Below are positions 36,291-48,661 of a stretch of 64,000 bases of DNA, piece after piece (the stretch's first letter is position 1; every line of letters starts with the position of its first letter). Under the pieces are notes generated by a model, which saw nothing but the letters and a program-made list of their open reading frames with translations, searched no databases and had not been told where the DNA came from. A program made the translations under genes and the position numbers. This DNA comes from Heterodontus francisci (lineage: Eukaryota): positions 744,001 through 808,000 of the forward strand of contig NW_027141237.1 in NCBI RefSeq assembly GCF_036365525.1, written 5' to 3'.

Positions 36291-39272
36291 ACAGCAGGCG
36301 GCCATGAAGTGTAGCCAGAAATTGTGGAGCTGTTCCTTCAAATAATGGAAGAAGGGTTGCCAGTATTCTCACTCCAGAAAGCTGTGAAACACAGATTCTT
36401 CCAGAGCAGCGTGGCAAACCACGAAACTGTTTAAAACTCTGTTCCACATGATTATTCCGTGCAACCCTCTCCACATCTAGTGAGACCTCACCGGGCGACA
36501 CTTACCTCCGTCGCACTGCAGTATAAACCACTCTTTATATGATTTGAATTGAAAGTTTTGATCTCCACGTGGAACCTGAGACCTGCGACCAGTAGTTAAT
36601 AGAAGGTGGACACTGTTTCAAATGAATAAAATGAGATGATGTGGAATTTAAAGTATTTACAGCAGCCAAGAGAGAGGCACAACAACGTCAGGTGTCATTG
36701 TTTAGCTGGTCGTTGTAGACATTGATGAATAAGGTTGGAATTCTGTGACAACGAGGTGACGGTGCGCCCCCGGATTCTGGGCTCAATATGATGTACACAT
36801 CGAGATGGACGCATTCTGCTGAAGCATGGAATTGTGACCTGCAGGCAGGGCCAATTATGTGAGCGGGGGCTCCTTTGGTCGAATGGCGAATGGAGAGGAG
36901 GTGAGGGGTATGAGGAGCAGGTAGAGTAGGATGGAAAAGGGGAAGGTTACTGGGATATTTGGACGTGGGGAAGCCCACATACAGAATATTTGTCCTATAA
37001 GGTGATCCGATGCAAAACAGGTACTGATTTAATTCCAGAAATTGTTCTAGCATAAAAGACACAAGAGCCCCAACTTGTCCAGTATTACCTCAGACCTATA
37101 ACCTTTCAAATCCGCACAGTTGGGTTTATATCCGTGCTTAAATAATTCAGAATGGGGCTGGGGGGGGGGGAAGAGAAAGTTGGGAGGAGTGGGTAGCAAG
37201 CGAAGGAGATGGGGAGGGGACTGGATGTGCTAGGAAATGGAAGAATGGAGCGAGGGAAGAAGGGAAGGGTAGGTGAGGAAGTGGAGCAGAGGAAGGGAGG
37301 AAAAAATGAGATGGTGCTGAGGGGCGTGGGCTGGAAAAGGAAAAAGATTTAATAAAGATGGAATAGGCTGTGACTGATCAGGTGGAGAGCACGAGCAGAT
37401 CACATGACAGAAGTGTAATAGCGTAAAGCAAAAGTAGAAATGATGAGACCACTGGGAATATTCACAACAAATATTCCCTGTGTCAACTTCTTTCCCCAGA
37501 GAGTTGTGACAATGTGAAACTCGTTGGCACAAATAGTACTTGAGGCGTAGCGTATCGATGCATTTAAAGGGAAGCTACGTAAGTAAATGGTAGAGAAAGG
37601 AATCTAAGGTTATGCTGATCTGCTGAAATGAAAAGGAGCAGGAAGAGGCTCATGGGGAGAATAAACACCGGTAAAGGCCAGTTGATCAGAATGGCCAGTT
37701 TCAGTGTCACAAATTCAATGTAATTGTACATCGTCACTAACACAAAGAGGGAACCTTCCCACTATAGTATACAGACATCCTGCATTCAGTATGGACTGCA
37801 ATAGTTGCCAATGACCTTGCTGGTTTGGTCCAGATGAGAACAGCGGGTCTGGTATCACACCAGGATGCAGGTCACGAGGTAGATTTCATTCATTACGCAC
37901 TGGATTTATCCATTCAATTGAAATGGAAGTGACAAACCAATGCAACCGGGTCTGAGGAGCTTCTGGTTTGAGAACTGAGGCATTTCGACTCCTGACAACG
38001 TACAAGATGTCAATGTTTCATTCAGTCAATTTCTTTATAAAATGCAAATAGAATACAAGTTCTCCATGACACGGATGATTTCTGTTCTTGCCCTTGCTAG
38101 CTTCAAAATTGAAATATAGTTCATTGGGGTTTTTGAAATCTCTCCCCACGGGCTATTGCAGCTTGCATACCTAGTTCTGTCTCAACATCAGTTGTATTTG
38201 ATATTTCTGTCCTTTTCACCATTAATAACTGGAGATCACATTTGAAATGACACTGATATTCTTTCTAATGAAATCGCACATGTTTTCCATTTTGGACATT
38301 CAAATAACCTTTAGTGCAAAAGATGACGACCAACGGGCCAAATGGAATTTGTGTAGAATGTACCTTTTCTCATTGGTCTTTGGTTTCTACTCCACGAGAA
38401 AAGGAATGCAATGACTATTTGTTCTGAGACTGATATATGGTGTGGAATGTGCACAATTCAGCACAAAAGGGATAGGAGACAGCCTGTCCAAACTTTCCTC
38501 AGAAGACAACCCGCCCATTCCAGGTATTAGCCCAGTAAACCATTTTGTACATGCCTGACCTCAAACCGAGACTTGAAAGAGAAGCCCTGTAACAAATAGA
38601 GTAAAATTTCGGTTAATTTCGCAAAATTTGGTGAGCTCAATTGTGAATATACTGAGTTATATTAATGAGAAAACAGGCCGTTTACCACAATGAATACTGT
38701 TAATGTCAAACATCTCCTATCTCTGACGTCATAAATGGGTACCAGAGCACAAATTAACCAAGGTCTCGAAACCACACGGCTACCAACTGCACAAAATTAA
38801 CTGTGGTCACAAGTCTACAACTTTCATCTAGGATTAGCTGCCAGAAAGCTAAAAGTGAGCAAAATGGGAGTTAGAGCTGTCTGCAAGCGTGGGCGGTGCC
38901 CTACTAATGCAGATTCCAATTTGCAATGTTCGTATATAACGGCACATTTTGAATGTTTGTGTTTGACATAGACAGATATATGCTATTTCTGTATTAAATA
39001 TTATTTTGCAACTGTTAGATAAAGCGTGCCATCACATTCAATAAGAGTCGGTGACAGACGTTGCATGTGTAAAATATGCTGCAGTCCACCTCACCAGCCA
39101 GACAAGCTGCATGGGTAAGCACAGTACTGAATCCCTGACTTCTCCCAGACTCTGATGATGACTAACAAAGGAATACACGAAGTGACTGGAAAGGAGAATG
39201 CGGAAATTGAATGAACTTCATTACAAAACTGGTTCGTCATTTTGACAGGGAAATCGACAATTGTTTCCAGCC

Positions 39273-39315
39273 ATGTGGATTTGCGTGTTTGTTTCCCTCA
39301 TGACACTAGCAGAAG
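39273..39315 (+). CDS. Gene 2 leader exon
   Basis: MWICVFVSLMTLAE plus a phase-1 GTAACT donor; ends like the gene 1 leader (AE). Confidence 0.78.
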
Positions 39316-42300
39316 GTAACTTTCTTATGGTTGTAGTAATTTCCACAACACTTTATTTATATCTTTTGGTAAGTGAACAGGACAGTGCATAATAGAATTG
39401 ATTTGTGGTAACTGATTTAAAACTGGTGAGCAGGAATTACATGAGTGATTAACGCATGATTTACACATGTTTTATTGCCGTTTGTTACCTATTCAAACAA
39501 TATTTGAATATTGATCTTTTAAATTAAATTTAATTAGTATTGCAGTGCACATTTATAAAATGCCAATACATATTTATTGAGTAATTCAAGTGAGCAGCAA
39601 TGGATATTGAACGTTCATTTTAATTAACTGTAATTTTAATGTATATATAAGAAGGATTTGAATTGGACATTCACGTGCTTTTCAGTGAACATGAATTCAG
39701 TTTCTAGATGAGAATTAGATTTGCATATGATTAGCCCATAAAGAGTGATCGAATAGGTCTTCCAATAAACATTTCTATAGGTGCGGTTGGTATTTAATTA
39801 GTATTTAACTTGATGTGAAAATGCATTGAATGAGACATGAATTACAATTGCGATGGGTGATTATTTCTCAATTAAAAAATGTTTTTATAGCTATTAAAGA
39901 TGTTGCAGAGGATTTTGAATGCATTTTTAAAAGTTGTGTATTTTTGTTCTCAGTTATTTGCAGGGTTCAGTTCTCTGTGGTGATGCCAGAAGTTGTGTCG
40001 GCAGCGTTGGGTTCAGATGCAGAGATCCCGTGTACATTTAATAATATAGACTATATCACCAACCTGCACGGCAGGTGGTTAAAGAAGGGCCCTGGTCCTG
40101 ATAATCCCCGTGGCATCACCATCTATGATTCGAAAAACTCATCCAGGCAGCACTCTAACTATCGTGGGCGAGCTGAGCTCAAGGGCAACCTTGCAAAAGG
40201 GCAATGCTCCCTCCAGATAAAGGATATTAGGAAGAGTGATGTGGGTACCTATCAATTCATCGTGGAAATTTTCTCCAGCTGGATTTATTCTACGTATCGC
40301 ACTCACTGTTATGAAGTCCGTCTTTCTGTTTTAAGTGAGTTTTGATTTTGTTTCTTTGGTACATTGTCTTCCCAATGCTTCAATCTGAATGAACCAAGCA
40401 TAAAGTGGACAAATGTTGTTATTTCCTCGGCTGAACTTTTAAGGGCAGTTGAAACTGAGGGTAGCGAGTTTCTGATGACAAACGCAATGGGTCATATTCT
40501 AAACACAGAGATATATCGGAATTCCAGCAGTAAAACAGGTCATTCGGCCCAACCACTCCGTGATGCTGTTTATCCTCCATATGAGCAAGACTCCGAATCT
40601 CACTGGCTGTCCTGTTCCCACGTCAGTGCTGCCGAGTCCAGGAGATTGGTTTGTGTGATTGTTATTTTCATTCTAAGAACGTGCAGCAACGCTTTGAGTT
40701 TAGTTGGTAATCAATGGTTATAGCAAATGATATGGCGAAATATGATCTAAAGCTAGTCACTTCGATAACATCAGATCTCATCTCTGGTTGGGCTTCAGAA
40801 CTGGCCTGAATTTGTGACTAGTATTAATGTACCGATCCCAATAAGCAGAAAAACAGGGGCAAATGCCCAAACAAACTACGTTTTAATTGTACATTTAAAC
40901 TCTGAGACAGTAAACAATTGAAGATTGTAATTCAGACACGACCTGCTACCCAATATAATGACTACATTAGGAGTTAAATCATGCTGAATCGTCATTCATA
41001 TTTTACCTTTATGCCTGTTTTAGGTGGACTGGAAAAACCAAGCGTTAATTCCTCTATAGTAGTGGTGGAAGGCAGCTCCTCATTATTATACTGCACGGCC
41101 AGGGCAAAACCACCGCTCAGTTTAAGATGGGTGAAAAATGGTGAAGAGTTGAGCAGATCTTCCACTGGCGAACTAAAGCAGTTTATCCACAACATCAGTT
41201 CTGAAGATGATGGTGAATATTGGTGTGTGGCTAAAAATAACCAGGGCACAGTAAACAGCTCCACACAGATTTCTGTGCAGTGTAAGTCTGCATGCATTTC
41301 TGAATTGGATATTTGCCTTACATTTCATGAGTTCTGCTTTAATTTACAGCTTCCATGTGCACACTTGCTGGAAGGCTCCAATGAGAATAAGGCGAGGACA
41401 GTGAAAATTTCGGGACCCTTCCTGCAGACAGAGCGCAAACCAACCTGTATGGCTTCAATAATGGAAATTGACCTGGCCATCTCAGTGAGAAAGCTAGGAG
41501 TGGAACATAGCTCAATATCTAATACATTCACCGGGCAGTACCTTTATGAGGTTGGGACAGAAGCATATTTACTCCGCATTGAATAGTTCACAAGTAATGC
41601 TGGTGGTCTGAAGTAAACAATCATCCATTCCTCAGAATTTACCTCCTGCATTTTGATGAGCATAAATTTTCCGAATACTATCTGATGAAGTGGTGAAAAC
41701 CCAACCTCTGGTATATGTCATTGAGTTATTAGAGCACGAAGGGAGGAAATTCGGCCCATCGAGTCCATGCCGGCTCTTTGTAGAGCAATCTTGTCAGCCC
41801 CATTCCTCTAATCTATCCCTGTAGCTCTGCAAGTTTATTTCTTTCAAGTGTCTATCCAATTTTGAATCCATTCATCTTCTCCTCTTCCCTCACCCTGTAG
41901 GCAGCGAGTTCCAGGTCATTACCACTCGCTACGTAAATCGTTCTTCCTCACCCCCATGCACCTCGCCCAAAATTTTAAATATGCTTCCTCTAGTCCTTGT
42001 ACCATCAACTAATGGGCACAGCTTTAGTTTGTCTACTGTATCTAAACCTCTCACCATCTTGTACACATCTATTAAATCTCCTCTCAATCACCTTTGCTCC
42101 AAGGAGAACAACCCCAGCTTCTCCAAACTAACATTGTACCTAAAATCCCCCATCCCTGGAGCCATTCCAGTAAATCTCCTCTGCAGACTCCGAAGGATCC
42201 TCACATCCTTCCTAAAGTGTACTGACCAGAAGTGGATGCAAACTCTAGTCCTGGGCTAATCTGAGCTTTATAAAGGTTTGGCATAATTTCCCTACTTTTG

Positions 42301-43993
42301 TACTCAATACCAGAGTTTAGAAAGCCCAAGATCCTTTATGCTCTGTTAAATACTCTCTCAATATGTTCTGCCACTTTTAAAGATCGATGCACATGAATCC
42401 CCAGGTCACGCGATCGCTGTACACAATTGAGAACTGTTCCATTTCGTCCATATCGCCACTCCCTATCCCTTCTGCCAAAGTGCACTGCCTCACACTTCTC
42501 TGTGTTAAATTCCATCTGCCACTTGTCTATCCATTCTGCTCGCCTATCTGCGTCCTATTGCAGATGACTGGTATCATCCTCACTGTCTGCCATACCTTCC
42601 AATTTGGTATCATTGGCAAATTTTGAAATTTCACTCTATATTACAATATCAAAGTCATATGTATATAGAATAAAGCGGTTGTCCGCGCATTGAACCTGGG
42701 GATCATCACTGTCTACCATCCTCCAGTCTGAAAAACAACCATTTACCACGACTCGCTGTTTTCTGTGCTTCAGCTCTTTTTTTTAAATCCAGGCTGACAC
42801 TGGCCCTCCTATTCCATGAGCCTCAATTTTGTTAACCAGCCTTTTATGTGGCACTTTGTTGAACACTTTCTTGATATCCAAAAAGACAACATCTGTTGCT
42901 TACCCCTCAACAATCTTGTCTGCTCCCTTTACAAATCCGTGCTGGCTGTTCTTTATGAACTCAAAACATCCACAAGATATGTGTCAATGTTGAGTTAGTC
43001 ATGTAATATTCAGAGTGTCGACTTTTTGAACTGGAGTCTGTTAGCTGACAAAGGAATATGCTTAAAAGACCAAACCTAGGGAAGCTATAAAATTAATTGA
43101 CCTTTTAAAACACTGGCAGGTAAGACACATTGGTGGGCATATTATAGATAATTAGCATTCTGCAATTCGCCCATCTGATGAATCTGATAACATCTGTCAA
43201 GAGAAGGGTGGGACGAACATTCATTGCATTCGATATGAAATGGTGTCTAAGTGCTAGCCTCTTAGAAGTGAAAATATAATAAGCCATTACTGTTGCAGTA
43301 TCGGCTGTTTCCTATTTAAAAGAAAAATCTACCAGGACCATTATGGATAGTTCAACAACTAAGTTAATTGTACTTAGACACTGCAACTGTTAGATGTAAT
43401 CATTTCTTCTTGCTTTTTTTTTACAGATAAACCCATAATTATAGCCGGTCCAAACTGCACCAGCTCTGCATATTGGACTAATTGTACCTGCAGGATCAGA
43501 GCTAATCCACCTGCAAACATTACGTGGGGCCTCAACGGGAGAATCATCACTAAAATGAGATCAGATGTGGAAATCAGCTCCTGGGTCATGAACAGGTACC
43601 TGCTACAGAGCTCCCTGAGACTGGATCAACCAACTGAAACTGGAAACCTCATTTCATGTGTTGCAACCAACAAGCACGGAGATTGTGTCAGCAAATACCA
43701 GCTCCACTCTGAGGGTACATGTTTAATTCTATTGAATACTATGAAGCCGTTGTCAATTACTATGCAGTCACTAACTCAACAGTATGCGTGTCAGAAAAAA
43801 AAACAGCTCTATTCAAGGGGTCAATTCTGAATCTATCTCTAATTAATACAAGATGCATTTTTCACCAATGGACAATGACCAACTGAATGGAGTGATCAGC
43901 ATTACCCATGTTAAATTTCAGTCTTCTGAAAGGTGCTGAATTTATATTTGTCAAGTAAGATGAAGTTATCTGGACACAAGACATAACCAATCA

Positions 43994-44034
<41 letters not shown>

Positions 44035-47000
44035 AAAATAAACCCTTTCAAAGGTCTGATTTCTTTTCGCAATCTGATACCGCATTGTGTACAAACTACA
44101 TGCTCACTTCCACCTTGTTCAGGCCCATCTGACTATGTAAAACTCGTTTCTATTAATCTAAATAAATTGACTTATCTGCATAGATTATAGCTTTTTCGGG
44201 TGCATCTGTTATGTTCGCTGGCATGTATTCTGATGTGATAATACTCGCTCATTTGCCAAATATACAACGTCAGTGTGCACTCAATTTTCCTGATGTGAAT
44301 TGTACACCAGGACTTATATTGAATCTTCTATTCTTTAATTCATATTTGCCCCAAGGCACAACACAGAATACATTCACTCAATGCAAGATTCGGCACTGAG
44401 GTTTGAAAGGAGCTCGGTGGTTCCAAGATCAAGGAAATTTGCTTTCCATGCTCAGGAATGTTATTACAAGATGAATGTTTTAACTCCAATGTCCTAAAAT
44501 GCAACAATATTTCCCAACATTTTAGGAAAGAAGTCCTGGACACCTGTATTCGTAACAGGGGGAGCAGCCGCTGGGCTTATTGTTCTAATCGCAGTCGTGG
44601 TGAAGGTGATGAGACAAAGGTATGTGAGTTTCCTGACTGCATACAATGGTGCTTTAAAGATGACCCTACATCAGAAAGGCTGTAAATCAAAAACTAATGT
44701 AACTAACCATCCATGTGAACAGCGAGCATCTGCCTGAACTAGTGAGGAATGCAGAAGGGACAGCTGCCCCCTGACCAGTGACTTCTATCCTTCAGCAACA
44801 ATCACAGAATAATATTATTTGGTGATTAAATGGACTGATTGTACATTCTTCCTCTTCCGTTATTGGGGTTTGTTTCCCTGTGTACAAAGTGGATATTTTA
44901 AGTCTCATGTAGCACGAGACGACAGAAGAAGCAAATTACAGGATAAATAATATTATAATACATCTTTCAGAGATACAAAATAAGGGATTTATTCCGCATT
45001 TCAAATCCAATGGATTGAAGGCATCTACGTAGTAATAGGGAGGAATGTATTTGCACGGTGAAACTCGGCCATCTGCTATTTAAAAAGGTATTCGGATATT
45101 ATTGAACCTCCCATGTCCTTTCGTTAGCATAATCAAATTTCACCTAGACCAAACAGCACCACACCATGAGCAAGTGCCATTGATATAGCAGCAAGGTCCA
45201 TTTGAACTGTTAGCAGTTGAAATTGTAAATATTTGCTTTCGAATCTGGTCTTTGCTAATAATGAGAAGTAAGAAGCACAAGAATTTCGTGACCTCCTGTT
45301 GCCCTTCATCTAACAGGCATGTTATGCATGAAGCAAACATGCCATCTAATTATGAGCAACATGTCATTTGTATTTGCTATTCTCCAGGAAGAAAGTCAGA
45401 GAGGCGACATCTGTCATGGACTGGTCCGGTGATGCGGTGATTTACAGTACGGTGCTGAATGCATTAAACACTGAGGTAAGTGATGCCGAGAAGCAGTGAC
45501 AATTGCAGAATAATTGACATGTTTTCAAGCAGCAACTGAAATATCAGGCAAAACCCAGCAGATAAATTATAGTTTCAGAATTTTGGTGGCCTTTCTAAGC
45601 AGGAGTAGCCTCAAGTTGATCGTCTGACTGTGGATGTATGGTAATACAGTGGTTATGTTATTAGCTTGATAATCCGTAAGCCTCAACTAATGAATCATCT
45701 GTAAGGGTTCAAATCCCACTACTTAGGAACTTTCAATGCCATTCATTTAATAAATCTCCAGTAAAAAGCTAACATCAGTAACGCTGACCACAAAACGATC
45801 AGAATGTCGTAAAAACTCATCTGGCTCATGAATGGCCTGAAGGGAAGGAAATCCTTAGCCAGTCTGACCTATAACTGAATCCAGATCTACTGCAATGCAG
45901 CTGATTGCTCTCTGAAATGTTAAAGCAATCCATTAAGTTATATTGAAGTCGGCCGCTCAGCGCTATCTCCGCCAGGGCAAATGCCAATTGGCAATAAACA
46001 GTTGCTTGTCTTGCCAATGACGCCCACCTGTTATGAAAATGTAAAAAAACAGTTGACAGATTCTGCATGTAGTGGGCTGGGGAATGGTCTTCGGAAGTAG
46101 TTTCCAGTTCACGTTCCTTCTGAAACCATACTTCTTCAATAAGAGCAAAAGCAAAATCCGGCGAGTGCTTGAAATCTGAAATGAAAGCGGGGAATATTCA
46201 GCAGGTCACACAGCGTCTGAGGAGAGAGGGACAAAGTTAATGGTTCATGTCGATCACCTTTCGTCAGAACTGAAAACAGTGGGAGACATAACAGGTTTTA
46301 AGCAAGTATAGTGGAATTGGAGGACGGAACAGAAAGGAAGCAGTGTAATAGGGTGGAAGACAGCAGAGATTACCGGACAAAATGGATGATGCTGCAATGG
46401 GACAATTAAAAAAAGCAAACGATCAGTTTGAGGACGTGTAAATGGCAATAGCAGAATCCTCACCAACTGCAGCTGTCCGAAAAGAAAATTATCAGATCAC
46501 ACTCACTGCTCCCATTTTTTCAGGCACCAGCTGTTGGTAATGTTTCTGCTTATTGTCATTTCCAAATCCTCTCGAGCCATCTTTTGTTGTTGTCCCATTA
46601 CCATTCGCTTTTACCTTGCACCATCATCCTTTTTGCCATTTAACCTGCCCTTCCTTCCACACTATCACAAACCTTCCCTTTTGTTCTTTCCTACGCTCTG
46701 TCCCGTTCCCTGCCTCTGTACTGACTTTATATTGTTCCATTTCGTTCCCACATGCTCAGTTTCCGTTTCACCTTGGCTACTTGCTCTTTTCAGGTATTAG
46801 CACAGCCCCAGCCCCTCCGAACCATAGTCCCAGCACCTTCAGGCAGTCTGACCTGACGGTAAAGGGGACAAAGGATCGGTCAGCCCAGTTCCCAAAGAAC
46901 ATGGCCTCGCTCTTGCCGTGGCTAACTTTGGTTCCCGAGGCCAGTTCGATATGGCCACAGATGCTCATCAATCTGCGAACAGACAGCGGATCCAAGCACA

Positions 47001-48661
47001 AAGCGGTGACATTGTCCATGTGCAGGGAGGCTTTGACCTGAATACCTCTGTTGCATGGGATTGTTGTCCCTCTTATGCCCGCATCCTTCCTGATGGACTC
47101 AGCAAAATGTTTGATGCAGCAAACAAATAACACGAGGCAGAGAGGACAGAGAGGATCGTTCCCTCCGCGACACCCTGGTCCACTCCTCCATTACCCCCAC
47201 CACCTCGTCCCCGTCCCAGGGCACCTTCCCTTGCAATCGCAGGAGGTGTAATACCTGCCCATTTACCTCCTCTCTCCTCACTATCCCAGGCCCCAAACAC
47301 TCCTTTCAGGTGAAGCAGCGATTTACTTGTACTTCTTTCAATGTAGTATACTGTATTCGCTGCTCACAGTGTGGTCTCCTCTACATTGGGGAGATCAAGC
47401 GCAGACTGGGTGACCGCTTTGCGGAACATCTCCGCTCAGTCCACAAGCAGGACCCTGAGCTTCCGGTTGCTTGCCATTTCAACACTCCCCCCTGCTCTCA
47501 TGCTCACATCTCTGTCCTGGGATTGCTGCAGTGTTCCAGTGAACATCAACGCAAGCTCGAGGGACAGCATCTCATCTACCGATTAGGCACACTACAGCCT
47601 GCCGGACTGAACATTGAGTTCAATAATTTCAGAGCATGACAGCCCCCCACTTTACTTTCATTTTTAGTCATTTTTAGTTATTTTTTCTTCTTTTTTTTTC
47701 TTCCTTTTTTTTTGCATTCCTTTTTCCATTTTTTACAATGTTTTTTTTGCATTTATTTCATTTCATCTTAGTTTGTTCAGTTTGCTTACCCAATGTTTTT
47801 TTCAGGTTGTTTTTCTTCAGGTTTGCACTTGCTGATGTTCAATATTCAGTATATTCACACCTAATCTGTACTAATGCTTTGTCTTTCAACACACCATTAA
47901 CATATTGTTTGCCTTTGCTCCGTGACCTTTTGGTCAGCTATGTGGCCTGGTCCAATCTGCACCTTCTCCTTCGTTATCTCTTGCCCAACCCCCACCTCAC
48001 TTGTTTATAATCTGTGACTTTTCTAATATTTGTCAGTTCCGAAGAAGGGTCACTGACCCGAAACGTTAACTCTGCTTCTCTTTCCACAGATGCTGCCAGA
48101 CCTGCTGAGTGAATCCAGCATTTCTTGTTTTTGTTGCAGAGAGGACAGCCCTGTCTGACTTCAGCTTCGATCGGGAAACTTTCCGATTCTCATCCAATAA
48201 TTGAGATGACACTATATATGTTTGTGTAGAGCAGTTTGATCCAATTGCGGATTCCATCCCCAAACCCTATATTGGAAAGCACGTCCAGCATGTAGGTGTA
48301 CGATATCCTGTCAAAGCCCTTCTCCTCGTCCAAGCCGATGATGCAGGTGTCCACCTACCGCATTGCACCAACCCCCCCCCCCCCCCCGCACCACACCCCA
48401 TTTCGTGCACAGGCGATCGTATCCCTGAGAATTTAACACAGAGTAAATTCTTACTTTTGCTATGGTGTAGCGAGCATAATCACATGGCGTTTAGCTCCAT
48501 GTCTGCAAAAGTTCCACATCTAACACAAGTTCCTTTCATTGCAGAGTGACGAACAGTACACAGACGCTCGTCTTGTCACCCCACAATCGGTAAAACCAGC
48601 TCAAAGTGAAGAGATAGTGTACACAACTGTCACTATCTCAAACTTGCGCAAGCATAAATGA
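39273..48661 (+). CDS. Gene 2: Siglec-like 3-Ig inhibitory receptor, spliced and apparently intact
   Basis: Exons 39273-39315, 39954-40334, 41024-41281, 43427-43714, 44526-44619, 45388-45475 and 48545-48661 join in frame. ITIMs VIYSTV and IVYTTV. Confidence 0.88.
39954..40334 (+). CDS. Gene 2 Siglec-type V-set exon
   Basis: FSVVMP..GSDAEIPCTF..WLK..YRGRAELKGNLAKGQCSLQIKDI..DVGTYQFI..VRLSVL. Confidence 0.92.
41024..41281 (+). CDS. Gene 2 C2 Ig exon
   Basis: EKPSVNSS..EGSS..LYCTARAKP..WVKNG..DDGEYWCVAKNNQG; paralogous to gene 1 domain 4. Confidence 0.92.
41725..42960 (-). mobile_element. CR1 ORF2 3' fragment
   Basis: Antisense match to other CR1 RT/C-terminal copies in the window. Confidence 0.8.
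43427..43714 (+). CDS. Gene 2 membrane-proximal Ig exon (MAG d5-type)
   Basis: YKPIIIAGPNC...NCTCRIRANPPANITW..LQSSLRL..ISCVATNKHG; the C-x8-C-x-C pattern is typical of this Siglec domain. Confidence 0.88.
43995..44029. repeat. (AT)n microsatellite
   Basis: Perfect TA run. Confidence 0.95.
44526..44619 (+). CDS. Gene 2 transmembrane exon
   Basis: GKKSWTP-VFVTGGAAAGLIVLIAVVV-KVMRQR; same 94-nt length and phases as the gene 1 TM exon. Confidence 0.85.
45388..45475 (+). CDS. Gene 2 cytoplasmic exon with ITIM
   Basis: KKVREATSVMDWSGDAVIYSTVLNALNTE, acceptor ctccag and donor gtaagt. Confidence 0.82.
46145..46790. mobile_element. Inverted pair of Penelope-like 3' fragments
   Basis: About 46300-46475 and about 46528-46740 are diverged reverse complements. 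46145-46270 matches the Penelope terminus. Confidence 0.55.
46800..48420 (-). mobile_element. Tx1/L1-clade LINE RT fragment split by a Penelope insertion
   Basis: LDEEKGFDRIS..WIKLLY..VRQGCPLS then LFVCCI..KASLHMDNV..ASGTKV..KSEAMFFGNW. Confidence 0.8.
47150..48135 (+). mobile_element. Penelope-like element, 5'-truncated, with an open GIY-YIG endonuclease C-terminus
   Basis: NVVYCIRC..CGLLYIGE..RRLGDRFAEH..VACHFN..E..LIYRLGTLQPAGLN (to 47639). Flanked by the 13-bp duplication GCAGAGAGGACAG (47137-47149 and 48136-48148). Confidence 0.9.
48545..48661 (+). CDS. Gene 2 terminal exon with ITIM
   Basis: SDEQY...EEIVYTTVTISNLRKHK*; AATAAA at 48932-48937. Confidence 0.8.
   Translation, partial: SDEQYTDARLVTPQSVKPAQSEEIVYTTVTISNLRKHK

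Noticed and set aside
37150-37380. Purine-rich tract and its antisense 100-aa ORF
   Set aside because: Low-complexity sequence next to a CR1 tail; no coding features.
8006-48661. Assigning the symbols CD22, MAG or SIGLEC1 to genes 1 and 2
   Set aside because: Domain counts, tails and the missing Arg do not match a specific ortholog; phylogeny is needed.
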